Below, piece by piece: positions 35,279 through 43,656 of a stretch of DNA of 64,000 bases. Location of the stretch: IMG/VR virus record IMGVR_UViG_3300042389_001427, positions 7,941 to 71,940 of that record; one strand, written 5' to 3'. This stretch comes from a virus. Position numbers and translations under genes: made by a program. The number at the start of each line of letters is the position of its first letter. Positions within the stretch are counted from its first letter, which is position 1. The notes under the pieces are model-generated. The model had not been told where the DNA came from and did not search any database. It saw only the letters and a program-made list of their open reading frames with translations.

Positions 35279-37654
35279 TTAAGAGATTTTTTTTAGGTAT
35301 TGAACCTTGCCTTCGACCTTCGCGGCATCCGCGTCTATGAGAGCATCTCGGAGAGCCGCTTTGGCTTTTGCCATTTGCCCCCGCTCCGCCGTCCGAGCAA
35401 TCGCTTTTTCGAGATCGCCGATCGAAATGTCCGCGCAAGCAGCAAATGCTTCGGGCGTAATTCTGTCTTTTACAACTTCCCACGCCGATTGAGCATTTGT
35501 AATCTTGAATGGCGCGTTTTTCTCCGCGAGTTCAAACCCCGGTATTTCAATGCCCTCATCACGCCGCATTTCCAAGGCGCGGCGTTCGACTTTTTCAGCC
35601 CAGGATTTCATAATCGGAGAGAGTCTCTTTGCCAGAGACATTTTCTCTGGATCGGTTATCAGCGCGGGGTCATAATGCGCGGGGATTGTAAGTTCCTCTG
35701 GCTTGTATTCCTTCGCGATAGACAAGGCGATTTCTCGAAGTTTCGGGCATTCCGCTCGCCGCAAGCACCAGCTACAGTGCGCTCCGGTCGCGTAATCTTC
35801 CACACGATCGCGTTCCGCAGCCGCGATTATCGCGGACACTTTGCCCGCCAAGCGATCGTAGTCATCGCGGGTCCAAGTCTCCAAGTCGATTACGCCTTGA
35901 AAGGGAAGGAGCACATGGACATTTATGGTGGCGACTTGGGGGTGCGCGTCGAAAATTCCAATAGCGTAAGCCCAAAACTGCGGGCTATCCGCTGTGTATT
36001 TGCCCCAAGCAAATTTGTAGTCCACCAACTCTGCGGAGTCGCCATGCAAAATGATGTGGTCGATGTGCCCGAATTGATCGAGCACCTGGTATCGTCGTTC
36101 GCGAATTTCCTCAAAATTGGAAAGGATGCGCCCGCGAAGTTTAGCCAGATACTTTAAGCAAAGTTCCACGGCTTCGCGGAGCTTTGGATCGTCGGATGGA
36201 ACAATGTCGAGGTTTTCCTTTTCGACCGCCGCGTGACCGAGAGTCCCTCGGTCTGCCGCACTTTGATCGCGTGTGTTGTCATTTCTCCACCCGCAGCATT
36301 TGGCTTTTTCCTTTAACGAGGAAGGCGAGTGTTTGCTGTGCTCCCGCTCGGGTTGCGGGGTTATTATTTGGGTCATCGGCCGTGAGACAACCTCACCCGC
36401 TCCTTCGTTCAAAAATTTTACATTTTCTCTTTTTTGGGAAGTCATCTCTAGCGCGCGCTCCTCTACGCCCCCCGGCACAAAAAGTCTGACCGCAACAGCC
36501 CGCCCCTTTGCTCCGACCCGAGCTATCCTCCCAAGAGCTTGCTCTTCTACGAGCCCCGAAAACTGCGGGCATATTAGCGCGACGCGGGGGTTTTTCCCGC
36601 TTGTGTCGTGCAGATCGATGCTTTGTCCGCCCGCCGCGATTTGAACGATGATCATTTTTAATTCACCGCTTTGAAATTTTTCCTGCGCGGCGATTCGATT
36701 TTCGCTGCTAACGCGCCCATCGAGAACCCCTGCCTCGGGGTTTAGTTTTTGAAGTTCGTCGATGCTCGCGTGAAAGTTCAAAAAAACGACAGCCGATCCG
36801 CCGGCTTCAACTACTTCTTTCGCTCGATCGCTCAAAGCGCGCACTTTTACAAGCTCGATGGCCTGGCGCTGACGCAGGTTTTTTACTCCTCCCGGATCGT
36901 CGGGCTCGGTCATGTTTTTATAGAGTTCTCGTATTTCGGAAAAGTCATCTTTCGTAAGGCAGAGCGGCTCGTCCGAAGTCATTAGTTCCGGCAATTGCTC
37001 TCTCAAAACCCGCTCCGGGACTCGATGCCCCCGAGAAGTAAAAATGCTATCGTGGATTTTTTTCATCTGTTCTTTGTTTGCGGGATCGCTCGCGTCCCAG
37101 GCTAAACCGCCCCAATCCCCGTCGGTAGCCCCCATTTTACGGGCCCAGGTCCAGAAGCCGCGAGGGTGGAACATCCTTAATTGGCCCCCGATATTTTTCA
37201 TCCGCAACGGGGACTCCGCTGCGGTCGCCGAAAGCATCAATGTTGGGATTCCTATGGCACACTCAAGGAGTTTGCCGTTCTGGGAGTCGTGCGCTCCGAA
37301 GCAGTGGGCCTCATCAAAAATCAAGAGAGTGCCTTTTGGAACCGCCCACTCAAATTTTGGCCGGCCGTTTGTCGGTATTTTTTTAACCCAGCCGCTCCCC
37401 CCGGTTCGAAGTTTTTCTGGGTTCAAGACAAAAAGCGGAGAAACGCCGAAAGCCGCGAGCGTTTTTCCCCATTTTGCAATGACTGACTTCGGGCATACAA
37501 CGCCAACTCGTAGACCATATCGCGCAGCCACAGCGGATGCGATAACAGTCTTCCCTCCGCCGCACCCGGTTCCATCTAAAGAAGCCCCAACAGAGTCTAA
37601 AATTTTTAAGTGGCGCTCAACAGCCTCTTTTTGGTATGGAAATAAAGTGAACAT
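35279..37654 (-). CDS. SF2 helicase fused to a Cas4-like PD-(D/E)XK nuclease (DUF2800-like)
   Basis: LFPYQ, GGGKT, DEAH, SAT, QALGRIAR; then SPSS..C, ADRGTLGH, GHID, VDYKF, CSWC....C. Confidence 0.85.
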   Translation of the reverse strand: MFTLFPYQKEAVERHLKILDSVGASLDGTGCGGGKTVIASAVAARYGLRVGVVCPKSVIAKWGKTLAAFGVSPLFVLNPEKLRTGGSGWVKKIPTNGRPKFEWAVPKGTLLIFDEAHCFGAHDSQNGKLLECAIGIPTLMLSATAAESPLRMKNIGGQLRMFHPRGFWTWARKMGATDGDWGGLAWDASDPANKEQMKKIHDSIFTSRGHRVPERVLREQLPELMTSDEPLCLTKDDFSEIRELYKNMTEPDDPGGVKNLRQRQAIELVKVRALSDRAKEVVEAGGSAVVFLNFHASIDELQKLNPEAGVLDGRVSSENRIAAQEKFQSGELKMIIVQIAAGGQSIDLHDTSGKNPRVALICPQFSGLVEEQALGRIARVGAKGRAVAVRLFVPGGVEERALEMTSQKRENVKFLNEGAGEVVSRPMTQIITPQPEREHSKHSPSSLKEKAKCCGWRNDNTRDQSAADRGTLGHAAVEKENLDIVPSDDPKLREAVELCLKYLAKLRGRILSNFEEIRERRYQVLDQFGHIDHIILHGDSAELVDYKFAWGKYTADSPQFWAYAIGIFDAHPQVATINVHVLLPFQGVIDLETWTRDDYDRLAGKVSAIIAAAERDRVEDYATGAHCSWCLRRAECPKLREIALSIAKEYKPEELTIPAHYDPALITDPEKMSLAKRLSPIMKSWAEKVERRALEMRRDEGIEIPGFELAEKNAPFKITNAQSAWEVVKDRITPEAFAACADISIGDLEKAIARTAERGQMAKAKAALRDALIDADAAKVEGKVQYLKKIS

Positions 37655-37682
37655 TAGATTTCAAAAAGTGTCATTATATGTG

Positions 37683-37934
37683 ATGAAAGCAGCATTATTG
37701 TGTTTGTTGATCCCTGCGGCGGTCGTAGCCCAAGACAAAGTTTTTTATTTGAGCGGCGGCGGCTCGGTGATCATGCAGCCGATGGGCCCGAACTCTTACT
37801 ATGTCTACAAGCTCGATCCGTATGTTAAATACCCGGAGTCGAAACAAGTCATCGCAGAGCCTAAACCCCGCGACTTGATCTCTGAAGTGGATGCCTTTAT
37901 AGAAGGTCTTCGCGAAACCCATCAAAGGCGATAG
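37683..37934 (+). CDS. Small secreted protein, antisense to the replication operon
   Basis: MKAALLCLLIPAAVVA-Q signal peptide; fills the gap between helicase and resolvase. Confidence 0.5.
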   Translation: MKAALLCLLIPAAVVAQDKVFYLSGGGSVIMQPMGPNSYYVYKLDPYVKYPESKQVIAEPKPRDLISEVDAFIEGLRETHQRR

Positions 37935-38256
37935 AATTGGACTCTTTTACAAGCGCGAGCCAATCGCTTGCTCGCATGGTGACCAAAAATTCTTCCCCGT
38001 TGACTTTGTGCGCGACTATCGGCTTTCGCCCACTTTTTGAAGAGTCGGCGATCGCCTGCTTCATGGCGGCACGAAGATTGAGTTTTTGGACCCCTTTGAC
38101 TTCGAAGTGATACCCCGGCAATTCGGGGCATACAACATCCGCATCGCCAGAAGCTCCGCAGTATTGTTGCCCTCGAAATGCTTTTAGAAACCCAGCTTCT
38201 CGCAATTCGTCGCGCCAGAGCCTTTCAATGCGCTTGCCTTTTTGTCTTGAATTCAT
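37897..38256 (-). CDS. Holliday junction resolvase (Hjc-like)
   Basis: SRQKGKRIER, ADV, HFEVK, MKQA. Confidence 0.85.
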   Translation of the reverse strand: MNSRQKGKRIERLWRDELREAGFLKAFRGQQYCGASGDADVVCPELPGYHFEVKGVQKLNLRAAMKQAIADSSKSGRKPIVAHKVNGEEFLVTMRASDWLALVKESNSIAFDGFREDLL

Positions 38257-38543
38257 GGTAGGGTTGTAGTGAAGCGCCCTCGGGCCCAGTTTGTAATTTC
38301 ATCTTCATTGTAGATGATCTTTTTATCCCCGATTTTTGTAAACGGGAGCCCTTGCTTTCTCCAGTAAGCTAAAGAATTGCGATGCATTGGGCGCCCGAAT
38401 ATTTCGCTTAATCTCTCAATGGCTTCGGTTGACCCGAAAGCCGCTTTTTTAGGTGCGATTGGCTCGCTAATTTCCAATCGCACCCGACCTTCTCCAATTG
38501 GGAACGCCGAGAATGACCGGCATTCAATTGTTAATTTTGTCAT
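38253..38543 (-). CDS. Winged-helix excisionase-like protein
   Basis: MHRNSLAYWRKQGLPFTKIG..IIYNEDEITNW. Confidence 0.65.
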   Translation of the reverse strand: MTKLTIECRSFSAFPIGEGRVRLEISEPIAPKKAAFGSTEAIERLSEIFGRPMHRNSLAYWRKQGLPFTKIGDKKIIYNEDEITNWARGRFTTTLP

Positions 38544-38746
38544 TAGGTGGTGGGGTTATGATTTTCGAGAAATTTTTCTATAGCCTCTCGAATAACATAA
38601 CTTACGCTACGCCCAATTTTTGCCGAGGCTTGTTTTAATTTCTCTTCGAGCTCCGGGCTGGAAGGAAAACTACGAATTAGCTTCGGGTTGCGAGTCGAGG
38701 TTGACTTCGGGAATGATTGTTGTTCGGAACTCATCAGGGCAGTCAT
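38543..38746 (-). CDS. Ribbon-helix-helix (CopG-like) regulator
   Basis: RSFPSSPELEEKLKQASAKIGRSVSYVIREAIEKFL. Confidence 0.7.
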   Translation of the reverse strand: MTALMSSEQQSFPKSTSTRNPKLIRSFPSSPELEEKLKQASAKIGRSVSYVIREAIEKFLENHNPTT

Positions 38747-38864
38747 TATACAACGACAGCCCGTCTTTTACAAATATTTCAATTAATGCCGCAGGTTTTA
38801 TTTTTAAAACATCTGAAGCAACTTGGATTTGATTTTCTAATTCATAGGGCAATTTAATGTGCAT
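38670..38864 (-). CDS. Small RHH-like protein
   Basis: MHIKLPYELENQIQVASDVLKIKPAALI. Confidence 0.45.
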   Translation of the reverse strand: MHIKLPYELENQIQVASDVLKIKPAALIEIFVKDGLSLYNDCPDEFRTTIIPEVNLDSQPEANS

Positions 38865-38956
38865 ATTTCGGTTTGTTATTATGTTGCAGGGTTATTTTTT
38901 GGGGAGCAGCCGCGCCTGCGCATCGGTTGCTTTCATTGGGTTTGTGTGCGGGGAAA

Positions 38957-39247
38957 TTACTTTTTAAATCTTTTGACGATCTTTGCGAGAGCCTCCATTG
39001 TCTCTTCGTCAAAAGAGTGTCCGGCTCGCCGAGAGCTTTCATCGGGCAGTTGCGTAACGAGTTCTTTGGCGACTTTTGTCAATTCTCTATTCGGGTCTTC
39101 TTGAGATAAGTATCGTTTCGTGGCTTCGCGTATCACCGCTGACAGGTTGGTTCCTCTCGCTGCTGCCAAGATGTCGAGGGATTTGGCAATTTCATTCTCT
39201 TCAATATAAGAGAGGCGGCGGGTTCCATGTTTGAGTTGGTTTGGCAT
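38957..39247 (-). CDS. Ribbon-helix-helix regulator (candidate repressor)
   Basis: RRLSYIE...LDILAAARGTNLSAVIREATKRYL; GAAAGGA SD; downstream of the integrase. Confidence 0.7.
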   Translation of the reverse strand: MPNQLKHGTRRLSYIEENEIAKSLDILAAARGTNLSAVIREATKRYLSQEDPNRELTKVAKELVTQLPDESSRRAGHSFDEETMEALAKIVKRFKK

Positions 39248-39300
39248 ATGTATCCTTTCATTGCGTTTTAGGGGGGGGGAGTGTTGGGCGGGTTCAGTTT

Positions 39301-40512
39301 TCACCAAGTTAATAACCGAGTCAAATCTTTTTTTGCTGCGTATTCCCGCACTGACTGCGGGGTTATGTTGAACCAATCGGTCGCAGCGGTCGGAGCCACT
39401 AAAGACTTGTAATGCTCTTTGAGCATTTGAGGAGAGTTTCCGGCGAGTTCTGATGTCAAATCGGCGTTGCGATGTAGGGCCAAATGGTAGGAGCAAAAGG
39501 AGTGCCGCAGCACATTTTGTTTCCACTCCAATCCAACGGAAGAGAGGCGGTCTTTCCTACTTGAAATGTTGGCGACCTTTTTAGTGGTTGTCAAACTGCC
39601 TTTAGAAGGCAGGTCTACGATTTGTAGCCATTGCTTCAAGTTGTCCGGCAGCTCAATTACTCGCGCAGTCCCTTTTTTGGCAATCTCCGCATCGATGCGA
39701 GCGAAGTTTTCTGATGGATCGATTTTTTGAGCCTCTAGTCTTTCCAGTTCCGCTCGCCGAGAACCCGCAAACGCCATTGTCGCTACATACGCGAGTTCGT
39801 CTTTGTCGAGGACAACGAATAAGCGCATCAATTCTTCGGGAGTAAAAACCGAGTAGGTTTTTTTGCGAGCCGCTGGAATCGAAACTCGGTCGGATGCGGC
39901 ATCGAAATCGCGCGGGAGGTATCTCTTTTTTGCCGCAAAAATTTCCAGGGCCTTGAGAGTGCGCAGCAGATTTCTTTTGGTGACCGGCCCATACCCGCAA
40001 TCATCGAAAAACGCATCGATCTCCTCTGTAGTTAGGGATTGGAGAGTTCGGCTGCCCGCCCAATTTTTCCACACTTTGGTTTCGTATCGGATCGACTGGT
40101 AGTATCGGTTGGAGAGAACCCGGCGTTTGCGATCTTCAATGAATTCGTCGATAATCGTAGCGAGCGTCTTTCTCGGCGCATCGACATTATGGAATTTCAA
40201 ATAAAACGCGACCGCCTCGTGAAGCGGCACAGACCCGAGGCGCTTCTGGCATTCGCGGTAGTAAACAACATCTTCGCTTCGGACCAGAGTCTTCTCTCCT
40301 TCTGCTCTCGCAAGATTCTTGACAATGTTGCGCGCTTCCTCGACCGCCTTCTCCGCATCGGAAATGGATCGGCGCTGCGCTCGAGCCCCAACCTTCCAGT
40401 CAAGCCTAAAATTTTTGTAGGCTCCGTTTCGGACTTGTCGAATTGTCACCTTCGCCCCGCCACAGGTTACTTCCATTTTGTGCCTGCCGATTGTGAGAAG
40501 CTGGATTTTCAT
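39301..40512 (-). CDS. int: Tyrosine integrase
   Basis: AGSRRAEL (R), AKK (K), NVLRHSF, LAGNS, HY (Tyr nucleophile). Confidence 0.9.
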   Translation of the reverse strand: MKIQLLTIGRHKMEVTCGGAKVTIRQVRNGAYKNFRLDWKVGARAQRRSISDAEKAVEEARNIVKNLARAEGEKTLVRSEDVVYYRECQKRLGSVPLHEAVAFYLKFHNVDAPRKTLATIIDEFIEDRKRRVLSNRYYQSIRYETKVWKNWAGSRTLQSLTTEEIDAFFDDCGYGPVTKRNLLRTLKALEIFAAKKRYLPRDFDAASDRVSIPAARKKTYSVFTPEELMRLFVVLDKDELAYVATMAFAGSRRAELERLEAQKIDPSENFARIDAEIAKKGTARVIELPDNLKQWLQIVDLPSKGSLTTTKKVANISSRKDRLSSVGLEWKQNVLRHSFCSYHLALHRNADLTSELAGNSPQMLKEHYKSLVAPTAATDWFNITPQSVREYAAKKDLTRLLTW

Positions 40513-40644
40513 GTTGGGGCTGTAGACAAAAGTTTGTTCCAAATCGTTCAAAAAATGTCATATTGTAGTATAAAAATAATAACCCATTGGACACGCAACC
40601 CCTTGAAAGTGAATGTTTTTACCTGTGGCCAAAAAAACGATTTT

Positions 40645-40667
40645 TGGCAGCGCCTACGGGATTCGAA
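40645..40667 (-). other. attP core: 3' end of a tRNA (Glu-like)
   Basis: Minus strand TTCGAATCCCGTAGGCGCTGCCA = T loop, T stem, acceptor strand and CCA, next to the integrase. Confidence 0.8.
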
Positions 40668-40785
40668 GCGGTATGCCGAAACGCGCACTAAATTCCACCG
40701 CAGTTGCTTGCCGAAAGCCTATTTTCCTTGTTCCAGCCTGTTTCTCCAACCCGTGTAACAATGACAAAAAACAACGACAGATTTT

Positions 40786-42561
40786 ATGTTCAAACCTACT
40801 CTTGCTTCTGAAATCAAGGATGCGCCTCGCGGGGCGATTGAGCGATACGGAATCGTTTTCCCGCCCGAAACTGCCGACTGGACCATCGAACTATTTGCGT
40901 ATCGGCATTCCAAAAAACTTGTAGGCAAGGCGGATTTTTCTCCCCCCGATGAACACTTCAAGCGGGCCGCAAAAATGTTTTGGCACAAGAAAACCGAGAA
41001 TTTCATTTGGCATCCCTGGGCCGAAGAAATGCTGCATGAGTGCTGCCACAATCAATTTGTCGGGTTTGCGGGCTGCGGCTCTTCCGGCAAGTCGGACTTT
41101 ATGGCGGTCTGGGCGTTGTTGAATTGGCTGGCCGCGCCTTTTCACACTTTGTCGTTGGTAACTTCAACTTCGATACGAGACGCCAAGAAGCGAGTCTGGG
41201 GCGCGATCCAAAGGTATTGGCCCGCACTAAAGCCGATCGCGCCGGCAAAGCTCACGGACACTCCGACGCCCGCGATCTACGCTATTCGCGGGGAGCAGAG
41301 AATGGAGCAGGCGGGAGTCTATTTGATCCCTGCCGAAGCAAAAAAGACAAACGAAGTCACGGGAAAAATGCGGGGCATGAAGGCGGCCCGCGTCATTGTT
41401 GCAGCGGACGAGTTGTCAGAGTTGGGGCACGCTTTGATCGATACCGCGATCTCGAACCTTTCAAACAACGCGGAACTCCACATTAGCGCGGCGGCAAATC
41501 CTGTTAGCTACTACGATCCTTTTGGAAAATTTGTAGAGCCAAAAAACGGCTGGGGCTCCGTCTCGGTCAACGATGAAAGATGGGAGACAAAACTTGGCGG
41601 AATCTGCCTGCACTTCGATGCGCTAAAAAATCCGAACTACCTCGCGAAAGAAAATCTTTGGCCAATTCAAAAGTGGGAGAAAATCGAAGAAGCCCGCGAG
41701 CGGCTAGGCGAAGACAGCCCGATGTTCTGGCGCGATTATCGCGGCTTCTGGCCGCCGCAAGCAGTTTCGAAGGCGATATATTCCGAGGCGGAGATTGTGA
41801 GATTCATGGCGGATCGCCCCGCTCTGTGGATGTCCCCTCCGACCCGCGTAGTGGGCATCGATCCATCTTTTGTGAGCGGCGGCGATCGGTGCGTTTTATA
41901 TTTGGGCAGTTTCGGGACCAACAAGGACGGCGCGGATCAAGTTAGCTTCGATAAGTTTTATTACCTCGAAGAGGACGCCACTGATTCGGAGCCCAGAACT
42001 TTTCAGATCGCTCGCAAAATTTCTGAAATCGTGTCAGCAGAAGGAATCGATTGGTATCATGTAGGAGTCGATGTGACGGGCGGCGGCGTCCCGTTCTGCG
42101 ATGCCTTGGCTACTGTTTGCCGCTCAAACGAATTTTTGAGAGTCCACTTCGGAGGGGCCCCCTCGACAAGGACTTTGTCCGCTTACGACTCGACTTTGGC
42201 GAGTGACAAATATTGCAACCGAGTCACGGAACTTTGGTTTGGCGCAAAAGAGCTTCTCCAAAACAGTCAATTACGCGGGATCGGAGTTGATCTGGCTAAA
42301 GAAATGACCGCTCGAAATTATGAAACCCGGAAAAGCGGCGCCATGAAAGTCCTAGTTGAGTCTAAATCTGATATGAAAGCTAGGACGGGCAAGTCTCCTG
42401 ACATAGCCGATGCAGCGTTTGTGATGTTGGAGGTTGTTCGCGAAAGGCTCGGAATCCAGACTCCGCAAGAAAGTGGCAGCGGGCCTCGCGGCGAAACTCG
42501 ATGGAAAGCGCAGATTAAATCGAGATATTCGCCCCGGTTGGCGGGAAGTTTGACTTATTGA
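40786..42561 (+). CDS. terL: Terminase large subunit
   Basis: Walker A GCGSSGKS, Walker B VAADE, AANP, nuclease VGIDPS, KSPDIADA. Confidence 0.92.
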   Translation: MFKPTLASEIKDAPRGAIERYGIVFPPETADWTIELFAYRHSKKLVGKADFSPPDEHFKRAAKMFWHKKTENFIWHPWAEEMLHECCHNQFVGFAGCGSSGKSDFMAVWALLNWLAAPFHTLSLVTSTSIRDAKKRVWGAIQRYWPALKPIAPAKLTDTPTPAIYAIRGEQRMEQAGVYLIPAEAKKTNEVTGKMRGMKAARVIVAADELSELGHALIDTAISNLSNNAELHISAAANPVSYYDPFGKFVEPKNGWGSVSVNDERWETKLGGICLHFDALKNPNYLAKENLWPIQKWEKIEEARERLGEDSPMFWRDYRGFWPPQAVSKAIYSEAEIVRFMADRPALWMSPPTRVVGIDPSFVSGGDRCVLYLGSFGTNKDGADQVSFDKFYYLEEDATDSEPRTFQIARKISEIVSAEGIDWYHVGVDVTGGGVPFCDALATVCRSNEFLRVHFGGAPSTRTLSAYDSTLASDKYCNRVTELWFGAKELLQNSQLRGIGVDLAKEMTARNYETRKSGAMKVLVESKSDMKARTGKSPDIADAAFVMLEVVRERLGIQTPQESGSGPRGETRWKAQIKSRYSPRLAGSLTY

Positions 42562-42577
42562 CAACTTGTAATATAAT
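42550..42577 (+). promoter_or_regulatory. Sigma70-like promoter
   Basis: TTGACT-16bp-TATAAT upstream of 42597. Confidence 0.5.
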
Positions 42578-42596
42578 AACCCGCTAAAATATTATA

Positions 42597-43409
42597 ATGT
42601 CAAAAAAACAAAAACGCTCAAATAAAATTGTCGGCGCGGTGGTTGTCTCGGATTTGCATTGCGGTTCTTCGGTTGGGCTGTGGCCGGACGGGTTTCAAGT
42701 GAGCTACGGAAATACCATCGGACTTGGGAACAACTTGCACCAAAAATGGTTGTGGTCTTGCTGGTTGGATGCTATCGGCAAGGCTATAGAGCATTTTGGG
42801 GACTCTCCTTGGGCGTTGATTGTCAATGGAGACTGCATCGAAGGCCGGCATCATGGGACTACTGAAATTGTGGCGGCAAAAAACCGCGATCATGCCGCCG
42901 CCGCAATTGAATGCTTGGCCCCCCTGGCAAGCGCGGCAGCTAAAAGTTTTTGCATCGCCGGAACTGAATGCCACACAGGAGATTGGGAGGAGTTGATCGC
43001 CAAAGAGATCGGGGCCAAATGGTGTGGCGACAAAGCTCTTTTAGAGTTAAACGGGATGCTAATTGATGTAGCCCACCATATGCCGACGAGTAGCCGCGCT
43101 TACTTGGAAGCCGGGGCGATGAGCATTGTTATGGGCAACGCTCGATTGAATTATGCGCGCGCCGGACACAGCATCCCGAAAGTTTTTTTACGCGCGCATC
43201 GACACTGCGGGGGGTTTTACTCGGATGCACACGCGCTTTTTGTCGTAACGGGCGCGTGGCAGCTGCTAACCCGATACGGCTTTAAAGTCGTCACAGACTC
43301 TATTTCTCGGCCCTCAATTGCAATACTCGACTGGCGCGGCGGTCAGAGATTGCCGGCGGTTAAATTAGTTACTTATGACCCAGATCAAACGCCTCAAATC
43401 CCACTTTAA
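42597..43409 (+). CDS. Calcineurin-like metallophosphoesterase
   Basis: SDLHCG, NGDCIEG, GTECH, AHH, RAHRH. Confidence 0.8.
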   Translation: MSKKQKRSNKIVGAVVVSDLHCGSSVGLWPDGFQVSYGNTIGLGNNLHQKWLWSCWLDAIGKAIEHFGDSPWALIVNGDCIEGRHHGTTEIVAAKNRDHAAAAIECLAPLASAAAKSFCIAGTECHTGDWEELIAKEIGAKWCGDKALLELNGMLIDVAHHMPTSSRAYLEAGAMSIVMGNARLNYARAGHSIPKVFLRAHRHCGGFYSDAHALFVVTGAWQLLTRYGFKVVTDSISRPSIAILDWRGGQRLPAVKLVTYDPDQTPQIPL

Positions 43410-43656
43410 TCGTAAAGATTTGTATGAAAGCGCGTGGGAAGCTATTCAAAAAGAGTCTGAAGTATACGATTTAAGCCACTGGAAGTCAGAGGGCTGGAAG
43501 CCGGTTACTGATTTTCCTATTTCTATCCGTCGCAGAATGCGGGATCGCTTAAACCGAAATTTAAAATTTGAAAGCACTAAACAAAAAGTCCGATTGTCAT
43601 ACGGCATCCGAGAGATTACTCTTTTTAGACCGGTCATAACCAATAAGTCACGATGA
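43375..43656 (+). CDS. Hypothetical protein
   Basis: ATGA overlap with the portal gene. Confidence 0.55.
   Translation: MTQIKRLKSHFNRKDLYESAWEAIQKESEVYDLSHWKSEGWKPVTDFPISIRRRMRDRLNRNLKFESTKQKVRLSYGIREITLFRPVITNKSR

Noticed and set aside
40645-40667. Complete tRNA gene
   Set aside because: Only the 3' 23 nt are present; the 5' T-stem strand and the rest are missing, so it is called attP.
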